In this document: positions 54,791 through 64,000 of the stretch, piece by piece
How positions within the stretch are numbered: position 1 is the first letter of the stretch
How the letters are laid out: each line of letters starts with the position of its first letter
Origin: Leptogorgia sarmentosa
Lineage: Eukaryota
DNA length: 64,000 bases
Reading direction: 5' to 3'
NCBI GenBank assembly: GCA_964658305.1
Contig: OZ210885.1
Coordinates: 1,364,001-1,428,000, forward strand
The notes under the pieces: generated by a model
The model's input: the letters and a program-made list of their open reading frames with translations, nothing else
Told to the model about the DNA's origin: nothing
Database searches by the model: none
Made by a program: the position numbers and the translations under genes

Positions 54791-57700
54791 ATGGACAAGG
54801 TTGGCAGCAACAAAAACAAAATTGTTAAGTATCTCCGCAGTATCAAAACTAGAAGAACAAGCTTACGACTTCAACAGAAGATGAAGAAAGCTTTGCCCGA
54901 GAATGAACCTCAACTCATCCAGCATCCCCTTGGTTTATTCAGTAACATACCAGATGAAGTTTCGTATTACATCTTCCTTCGTATCCCGCTGTATGATTTA
55001 GCTTCGCTGGCGTTAACTTCACGCGCACTGCGAGATAAGGTGATAAGTTTCTACTACAGTGCTCAAGCATTGCCAATCCTAATTCCTGATGTGAAGCCAG
55101 AGGGTCTGGAAAATAAACAATCAACCTATCTCACACATTTTCACAACTTGGGTAAGTTTAAAGTGTTACTGCAACGAATTTTTCGACCTCGTTTTTAAAT
55201 AAATATTCAGGTCGAAAGATGAAATTTGGTGTATAGATGACTTTTGTACGTTCAGTGGAAGTAACTAAATTTCGCCTCCAAACTTCGATACCGGATGCGA
55301 ACAAAACAGCCGCCATTTTGTCACCTTGTGACGTCACAAGTATAACACGTTTAGCGAAGCTACAAGTAAATTGTATTGCGTTAGAGCTATACTCTGTGTT
55401 TCTCGCGCTTTTTTGGCCGAAAAAAAATCTTTTGAAACAAAACTTGACCATAGGCATTTTAAGACAATATATTTTGCTCATGTCGAGTAACGAGTCTGGC
55501 GGAGACCCGCAATCGTGTGAAAGTTCAAGTGAAACTGCATGACCCGGTGTGACGGTGTCGGATGGCTCGTTAGTTCATGTCACATCGCACTGCTTTGCGT
55601 ATGACGACGAACCTATAGCAGAACTATAGTGAACCATATAGTAGAACCTATAGCAGTAACAAGTGGTAGATTAGAGAGTAAATATTCCAAAAACCTTTTC
55701 AGGAATATTCCTCAAGAGATTAACATGTCTGTATTCAACAAGAGAGAGGTTAAGGATTGTCGGTGTCTTGTTGGAAAAGGTGAGTAGCTTATATTATATA
55801 ATACCTCATTACATTCAGGTCGTTTGATTGGTTAATTACAGTCACGTGATATTGAATATAAAGTTCCATTTCACGAAAGTGCAATAGTAAGTACGAATAC
55901 TATTGCACTCTGGAGAGAGTAACTCCCATCCTTTAAAATTCTTTGAAATTATTATAGTTTTTCAATAAGCTGTTCTTGGAAAACTAATTAGCTTATTTTG
56001 GTAATGTATAAAACAAATAATGAATGTTTTTATTCGTGCAATGGCGAGAACATTCCATCTTTCACCAACACCTCATGAGGATATTCTTACCATTGTACCT
56101 CGAGAGGTTCACCCTCCCAATTTTGAAAACTTTCCTACGTCCCTGTCGGTCTGTAAAAAAAGACCTCGGTCGAATATCTTTTATTACATACCTCGTTCTT
56201 CGTTGATATAAAAAAGATGAAAATTTTACGATAAGTTCTGCTTTTGTTTATGTCGAGGTTCGCCTTTATATTATTATAGCTAAAAGATACACACTCGGCT
56301 ATATATGAGCTTTTTGGCAGTGAGGTAGCTTACGAGTGTTATGGCAATATGCTCCACGCTTTCATCAAGGGATGGGAAAACGACGAGAAATGTAGAGCGT
56401 ACTTGGCCATCAAAGGTATTCTTGGGCTCCATATACACCCGTTAAACAAAGACCTCAACGGGTAGTACCCGATATTTCTCAATTGAGAACATGGGTAATG
56501 CCCACGCTGGACTATCGTCTAAGTAGCCTGGACTGGTAAATTATGAACAGTGATTGCCAGGATCTATAATCATATGCATTTAGCCTGGCCAGATGGTGAG
56601 CAGCGAGCTCGATTTAGCTCAAGTGGTAAGGCACGCGGTGCGTGCGTTGCAGTTCTATAGTTCAAACCCGAGTTCGACACATTTTTTCAGCGTTGGTGAT
56701 GAAAACTTTTTTTTCCTCAATATTTTTCTGACCACAATGGTCAGGGTTAGGATTCTAGGGTTTGGGTTGGGATTAAGGAAATTCTTAGTATATAGAAAAA
56801 TGGTTTATATCAAACACTATATAACTATATCAAGAGTAGTACTGAATCGCCGACCAGCAAGCTTAGGCGATAGTCCAGCGTGGGCATTACCCGTGTTCTC
56901 AATTGAGAAATATTGGGTACTACCCGTTGAGGTCTTTGTTCAACGGCTGCCATATAACGTCATATATCTGAGAAACGACAACTCTAAGACTCCGTTTACC
57001 CGGTACCGGATCCACTTGGTCACGACATGAAATTAAATAGTTTCAAGACAAGTAGGGGTTTTTAATCTATGGTAATATTACAGAACTTTAATAACAACCA
57101 ATCATAGAAACAGTGGTGGGAGTAAAAGTAACCTTAAACTCACCGAATTCATTGTCGTGACTACGTGAATCGTGACTACGGGGTCTAAAACATTATAGAG
57201 ATAGTAAGACACAGTCATCGGAGTGAGTCACTGTATGTGTTGGCCTTGCGCTTGGTGGGATAAATGCTGATGGCAGCAAGTGTAATGGACCGATTGCCTA
57301 ATAGACAAAATTTTAAAAAGTCCGAAATAGTACAATTCATAATAACTGAGCGTTAAATAGCATCCCATTGCAAAGTTTGGTTGCGAAATGTTGTAAAATG
57401 TGGAACAAACTTTATACGGTCATATCTTGCACATTTTACAACATTTCGCTCCCAAACTTTACATTTCCACTAATTTCGGGATGCTCTTTCACGCTGTTAT
57501 TATGACGTGTACTATTTTCAACTTTTTAAAAATTTGGTCTATTAGACAATCGGTCCATAAATGTCTATTTATTGGGTTGAGAGTATCTTAACAATCGTTG
57601 GTACACATAATTTCTGCAGGTGCCTCACGTATTGATGAGCGGTTGGATGATGCTTTAAAGAAAGGCCCGGGATCAATGCCGTGGTATGAAAAGTATATCC

Positions 57701-58939
57701 GAGTATTTTATAGGGAAATATTCCTGGACAAAGCTGATGATGGTGCTGAACTTGGTTTCTGGTTATGTCAGATGCTTTCATCACTTCCACTTGTTTATCA
57801 AGCGAGGATGCTTTATATTCTTTATGGACCTGAAGACACGGATGGTATTAGTAATGCAATCATGTTTACTTTACAATACATTCACCATATAAAGACCACA
57901 AAAATGACAAAATGAACATTGGGTTCAAGTTGATTTAGCTGGGTTGTATCTCCATACAGTCAGACATGATTTTGAAATAGAAGCTGAAACGAAAAATATT
58001 TGTCATTGTTATGTGTTTTATACAAAAAATTTTTCAAAGGAAGCCGAGCAATGATGTGTTATAATTTAGGATTGATAAGTTGGCACAAAATGACAACATG
58101 TCCAACCTTCTTTGGCGTTGATGATGAAGACCTTGACGGAATTGCCAAAGCATTGGTCAACTTACACAAACATGGTGACAAAGAATGGAGCCACGATAAT
58201 TTAATCAGTGTCATGGAAGAACTGATAGGTGAGTGATGTAAGCGCAAACCGAAAGCAATCGAAATTCCCTTTGGGTAAGTGATTACATCTTTTTGATAAT
58301 TACGTCGCGCATAATTTATGGCATAGGAGGCTCGCTATAAATGACGCAAAGTTATTGGCTGATGATTGATGAGAACAAGGCTTCCAGGTCGAATGACGTG
58401 ATTATCGAAAAGGTGTATTTCAGAAACTATGCAAGACAATTCTATCTGCTTTCAATATTTTTATACAAAAATAGTCATGTATCGCGTAGTATGGCTGTAT
58501 TATAAACTTCATGTGTTAACATGAAAATTAACCTTGAAGGTAACGGAACATTAAAAGTGCCTTTCCAGCCAATCACAGCTCGACATTCCACCGGAAGTGA
58601 TATATTATACCTAAATGTTATAGAATGATGATATGCAATATTATATAATCGTTGATTTTATTTCAATCTATTTGTTATATTTATTAGTTCTTCCTGGAGG
58701 TTGGTGCCGGGAGAACATCGCTAAGCTTTTAAAGTTGTGCGGTGGTGCGATATGCTTACAGTTTTTTGGCAGTAAAGCAATAAATGGCAGAACACAGGAG
58801 CTTGCCTTTCTTGTATTTTACACTTTTCAGGTGAGCGTTGATACGTGTGCGTTTTAGTTCAATCGTGTACATTGGCCGGGTAGGGGGGGAGGACGGGTGA
58901 ACGGACGGAAGGAAGGGCGGAAGGACAGACGGAAGGACT

Positions 58940-58979
<40 letters not shown>

Positions 58980-60014
58980 TTACAGTCGTAGACTGATAAA
59001 CTTGTGGCCCTCCTCTATAAAAGTATAAATATATAGTATACGTCAAGTTGTATGATATTTATATGCTAAGAAGTAATATATAGTAAAATAGATATGTAAC
59101 ATAATGAAGACAAAATTAATATGTATATATGCAAAAATGCACAAAGTAACATCACTTAACATCAAAGTTCTTGCTGTATCTGTAGTTGAATTGTCCTTAT
59201 AATTTTATTTTGTCAAAAGTATAACCATAAAAACGACTTTGGCAAGCCATTTTGAATTTTTTCCATATTGGACCGTGGTCCAATCACAGTCCGACATTTC
59301 ACCGGAAGTGATGCGTCCACATAATAAAACTACTTATAATGAAAATGCATATGCATTCTTCAGCCCCCACGACGCAATTTAATGGAAGCTTGTTGAGCTG
59401 AATCCTATTAATATACATCAATACTAAATTGGCTGTTTTTATTTCTGGTGATATTCAGGCCTTAATCGAAGATAAGTTGGCAGGAAGTGAGAAAGCGAAA
59501 ACCAAAATGTATGATTGGTTTGTCAACCTAATGACGAGGATTTTGAATATGATGCCATGTAAAAAACAGCGTGCCATTTTGGTGAGCTCACTCTTTGATG
59601 TCTGGGAGGAAACACTTGTTGGATTGCATGAAGATGTTCACGCTTTATCAAGTAAGTCCGGGGGCAAATTCGAAGCGAAAAAAGTCGCTATCCAGTATGC
59701 TATATAAGACGCTCTTAATTGATTGCCTCAAATTTCTTACAGAATTTAATTTTGCCCTCCATTTTTACATTACCAATCCCGATACTTATTGCTTAAAATA
59801 ACCTTTAAGAGCCTGTTTGTATCATTTCACTTACCCGGGATTGAATGAAGCTCATAGTCATAGTTTATGGAAATAATTGATTTGTGTGTTACTGAATAAT
59901 TGACCACATTTAATTTTTACAGATAATGGCACGGCGGTTAGTGAAATCTATAACGCGTCCATACACAGTTTGGCTAAAATCAGTAGCATGTTGCTGTTGG
60001 ACAAAGTACAGTAA
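54791..60014 (+). CDS. FBXO47: F-box only protein 47, about 461 aa
   Basis: Exons 54791-55151, 55703-55779, 56280-56415, 57620-57844, 58070-58228, 58688-58830, 59459-59651, 59923-60014 join in frame. F-box LGLFSNIPDEV..; HFHNLGIFLKRLTCLYSTRERL; CYG..GW; FWL..LPLVYQARMLYILYGP; W..ENIAKLL..SKAINGRTQELA match FBXO47. Confidence 0.9.
56431..56955. mobile_element. TIR element (TIRs about 90 bp) containing a tRNA-like segment and telomere-like repeats
   Basis: CCGTTAAACAAAGACCTCAACGGGTAGTACCC..CTATCGTCTAAG mirrored at about 56862-56946; interior TAGCTCAAGTGG and AGTTCAAACCC; GGTCAGGGTTAGGATTCTAGGGTTTGGGTTGGG. Confidence 0.75.
57285..57558. mobile_element. MITE-like element in an FBXO47 intron
   Basis: ATGGACCGATTGCCTAATAGACAAAATTTTAAAAAGT versus ACTTTTTAAAAATTTGGTCTATTAGACAATCGGTCCAT. 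Confidence 0.7.
58890..58979. repeat. (GACG/GACA)n microsatellite
   Basis: Visible ggac/agac tetranucleotide array. Confidence 0.85.
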
Positions 60015-60970
60015 GTCGAAACAAATCTGATGCAAGATTACAGCAATGTGATGCACACGGCCTGCACTGTGTTATAAATCTGCCTCGCTGGTGTCAGTAA
60101 ATTATCCTAGCTTATTTCTCAGTAACTTGAAATTTTTTATTTTTCGAAATATTCCCACTAAAATGGATAATCAATAAAATAAAGTTTTTCAAGCAGGGAA
60201 ATGTCTGTCTGGCCGGTTTCGGATTAATTATTGTTTTCGGGAACGTGAAATTTCCTATTTTTTCCTATGAAAATATGTTTCTAACTATAAGAATGAAAAA
60301 TTTCTGTGCATATATATATAAATTGAACTTAAAAGGAAAATCAAGCAAGAAAAAAAAATTTCAAGCCAGATAAAAAAGCTACGATTATTTCTGTTACGTT
60401 CATTTTGTAATTGTACATGATTTATATAATTTATTGCAACACAAATTATTAGATTTGAGGTTGATTGCATGCATGGTTACTGTAATCTTGTATAATAAAA
60501 TTGGACTTCATGAACTTCAATTTTATGTAAATAAACTCTTGATTTTGATGTTCTTTAATATTTAATATGGTAAATTCTATCCAACAATAATTAATGTAAA
60601 ATGGAATCAAATACATTTGGATTGTGTAAATATAATATTGTAAAACGTTACTGCAAAAGTGCTTTGTAAGAGTAGAAAATTGTATTGTATTCATTTGAAA
60701 TTGTATTGTATTATCATTGATTATTATTATTATTATTGGTTGACATTTCCAAATTATTTAACTTTGTTTCATAAATTATTAAAATAAAATTACAGTGAAA
60801 TGTATTATTTGAAGTGACAAATAAATATGTTCGAGATGCTGATATCATCCATAACTGCTGTCTGCATGAGCCGCATAGGTCAATAGCGCATTTGTCTGAC
60901 CAATCAGCGCCTTTGTTCACCTTTAGGTGCTAAACCAATCAAAACGCGTAGACTTATATTACGAGTTATC

Positions 60971-62555
60971 GATGGCTGCTCAACCGGTCAAATTAATAGG
61001 AGCGGGTATAGAAAAACCATGTTTTTCGCATTGTACGACCGCATAACGTTTCCGATCACGTTCTAGCACCATGTTTTGGAAAGAACTACCCGTGCTGAAG
61101 GTTTTGATTGAAAATCGTGCAATTTGAATGGAATTAACCCCGAAATAATCGATCGTAAAATGCTGCCAAAACAGTCACTTGCGGACACTTGACTTGGTTC
61201 GAGACATTTCCAGGGACCGCGGAACTGGGGGGGCCAGAACTGGGGGGGCCAGGGGTGCCATGGCCCCCCCCCCACTTTTTGGCACATGAAGTTCAGTGAA
61301 AGTTCAGCGCAGCTGATAATCGCGCAACCTGTGGCGCAACGGAGAATAGTTCGACGTAGATGTCCGCAACTGTGACGAACAGAATCGGATATACCCGATT
61401 TCCTCGCTTTATTCATTACTGCGGAGCCAACTTATTGAACGTAGTTAGATATGTACAATTTACGCTCTTGTGCAATACATAAGCGCACAGATTTTCAGAT
61501 GACAATTTATCGTGAATACTTAGTGACTGAACACTGAAACGATTCAAATTTGCTTTATTTGTAGAACTCAATCTACATGCCACTTCGAACCTTTCCTGGC
61601 ATGAGTTTTATATTGGTTGGGACATAGGCGTAGTGTGTGGGAGGTGCGACACCCCCCAATTTTTGGTCGATCTGTCGGTAGAATATATAATCTGTCAGTT
61701 GGACATGTCGGTAAACTATTATCATCATCCGTAAAACTCGCTAACTCGGTCTAAAAAAGGTAGAGTTAAGACTCTGAAATGGTTGTTTCCGGGGATCTAG
61801 AGGGTCCCATTGTTCAATTTATTTTCAATCGGCGCCAACCATGGTGGCGCCTCGTGCGAATCGACTCCCCTAATGTTGAGAATGATACCCGTCGGTAAAA
61901 CAAAAATATATTACAGCCTCCCACTGAAACGAGTCGCGCCACTGCACTGGTTTGGGTGACGAGAGGAGACATGTTAAGAATTAATTTCCGGAAAGGATAT
62001 TCTGGCCCCCCCCCACATTTAAATCCGCTCCGCGGTCCCTGATTTCAGGTCAAAAATGAAGCCTTTGGATAACTTTGAGGTGTTGGAATATTCTATAGGA
62101 CTTCTGTGAAAGATACGAAATAGAAAGCGGCGTGTTGGTAGAGAAACACGAAGCGATTTGTCGTCCACAATTCTCACTGTATATTTAGTCATCGTTTCGG
62201 AAAAGTGTATTCCGACCGAGTTGTCCGTGAAGGGAATTCATCCAAGAGGCCAAAGTTGACAAAACTTATTCTTTTTGGCAACATTTAATTCAAGAAAAAT
62301 AAATTAGTTTATGGGTTGATAGGCTCGAACGTCTTGAAGGAACAATGTGACAATTTTGGCAGCACTTTACGATCGATTATTTCGGGGTTAATTCCATTCA
62401 AATTGCACGATTTTCGTCCAAAACCTTCAGCACGGGTAGTTATTTCAAAAAAATGGTGCTAGGACGTGATCGGAAACGTTATGCGGTCGTAAAATGCGAA
62501 AAACATGGTTTTTCCAATACCCGCTCCTATTAATTTGACCGGTTGAGCAGCCATC
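60971..62555. mobile_element. Non-autonomous TIR element (TIRs about 200 bp) with a nested insertion at 61211-62041
   Basis: GATGGCTGCTCAACCGGTCAAATTAATAGGAGCGGGTA.. mirrored at about 62355-62555. The nested element CAGGGACCGCGG..CCGCGGTCCCTG is flanked by ATTTC. Confidence 0.75.
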
Positions 62556-63032
62556 TTGGATTGCTCATGTTTGGCACATGCGTCCGCATATAATTGTTCT
62601 ACAGTCAGCAATCTAGGCTTCCTATATCTATGGTTATAACATTCAATAAGGACGAAAAAGAGAAAAATTATAAAAACAACTTTACTACAAACCTTTGAAA
62701 TAAGGTTTTAACTTCTAACATGTTTATATCTTACAAAAACTTGCTTTGCCGCCAACGATTCAGTGATTAGAAGATCATAGTTACTGAGCAAGCCTAGTAG
62801 CCAACCAAATAACTATCAAGCCATTAAATCAGCTAGTGGCCATCAATTTTGTTGTACATAAGTGTAAAGGGGATTACGTCATAAACCCCCATTATTAATG
62901 TAAATCAGCGTAGTACTGTAGTTTTGAAACCGTAGTACTGTAGTCTTACAAAACCATTGTTTACAAGCTGCAAGAAATGCGAAAGTTACAGCCGTATTAA
63001 GGTGTATACATTGTAGGGGCCTGGTTTTTATT

Positions 63033-63285
63033 TAAGGAATAGAAAACATTTTCCATGTGGAGAACGAGAAATGTGTGGAAACACAAGGTCGGAGGGCGAG
63101 TAATGTAAACATAGGAAAACGTTTTCTATTACTTTTATAAAATAACACGATGACAAAAGCGGAATAACGCAATAGTGAGAAGCAGCTGGAAATAGCTGTG
63201 TTTGCATAATCTCACATCAACGGCTGTTATTTAGCCAATCACGCGCGCCCAATCTTTTTCACTTACTTACGGTTATTTTATAAAA
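63033..63285 (-). mobile_element. Asymmetric-IR/hairpin element in reverse orientation; related hairpin fragment at about 49925-50055
   Basis: Hairpin AATAGAAAACATTTTC..GAAAACGTTTTCTATT, then TTTTATAAAATAAC, CCAATCA and terminal GTTATTTTTATAAAA. Confidence 0.55.
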
Positions 63286-63334
63286 TATTTTGTCACACCA
63301 AAAAGCTGCTCATCAACTATAAATTTTCTGTTTT

Positions 63335-63619
63335 TCACTCTATTCCCGAATCATTTTGCACATTTTCCAACAATCCAAGTGCTCTTATGGCTTTATATTG
63401 GTCTGGTATTTCCATCAAAGCATGGACAGCAAATGTTAAATCGGATCTCCAAACTTTCTTCGTCACTGAATGATAATCAACAAATTGAAAATTATCAAAT
63501 TGTCTTCCAGGTAATTTATCATCGTATTTATTCATAATACACCATGGACCATCACCAACACCAACTAGGATGATTGAGAGCGGGTACTGACTAGCAGCGA
63601 TTATTGCTCGGCGAGTAGC
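63335..63619 (-). CDS. Terminal exon of an RGLG-type copine (vWA) family protein; gene continues beyond the window
   Basis: Acceptor TTGCAG, then ATRRAIIAASQYPLSIILVGVGDGPW..YDD.LPGRQFDNFQFV..FAVHALMEIPDQYKAI, the copine vWA C-terminus in its RGLG-like form. Confidence 0.88.
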   Translation of the reverse strand, partial: ATRRAIIAASQYPLSIILVGVGDGPWCIMNKYDDKLPGRQFDNFQFVDYHSVTKKVWRSDLTFAVHALMEIPDQYKAIRALGLLENVQNDSGIE

Positions 63620-64000
63620 CTGCAATATAGATGAATAAATGTTTTGTTGAACGAAATATTAGTTAGGAACAAGTTATCTGAGCAGCTTATTTTTCAATAA
63701 AGCCACAAGGTACAAGGGCGAACTTTTGCTCGCGATTCCGTTCATTACCCTACCCTAGATATAGGAGCGGTTTTAAGAGTTGACAAAGAAATTTTCATGC
63801 AAAGGTCTTTTAGATGTTTTTTTTAGTTTTAGAGAGGTTTTTCATGTGTGGGAAACTTTAACTTGTAGCTACATTGTGTGCTATAGCATAAATTTAGTCT
63901 CCTCGAATTAGCTATTCGAGAGTGACAAAGTTTTTTGAATGAGAATTATGAAAGGCAAATTCCAGCGGAAATTTACAAAATTTTATATTTTTTCAAATTT

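Noticed and set aside
56607..56678. Possible functional tRNA gene
   Set aside because: T-stem and acceptor stem pair poorly; treated as tRNA-derived sequence inside a TIR element.

Overview
AT-rich, intron-containing animal genomic DNA, most likely an anthozoan cnidarian. That assignment is an inference from a coral skeletal-matrix-type gene family and the repeat families. Nine protein-coding genes were reconstructed by hand from splice signals and reading-frame phase: the 3' part of a CEPT1/CHPT1-type phosphotransferase (+), a secreted PAN/apple + C-type lectin (+), a secreted protein with two DUF6209-like repeats (-), a short BHMT-family methyltransferase (+), two intact copies of a USOMP5-like secreted protein (+), RECQL (-), FBXO47 (+, head-to-head with RECQL) and the last exon of an RGLG-type copine (-). 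The main structure is a 14-15 kb tandem duplication (about 16852-30921 and 30922-46217) joined at a TTAA microhomology. It duplicates the USOMP5-like gene and leaves orphan BHMT and RECQL exons. The two copies are almost identical at their ends but diverged across exons 1-2 of the USOMP5-like gene. Many MITEs are present, several confirmed by empty sites in the paralogous copy. There is also a recurring family of small TSD-less elements with asymmetric inverted repeats, a CCAAT box, a recombinase-like N-terminal ORF remnant and a 3' hairpin. No database searches were run; all family assignments come from motif recognition.
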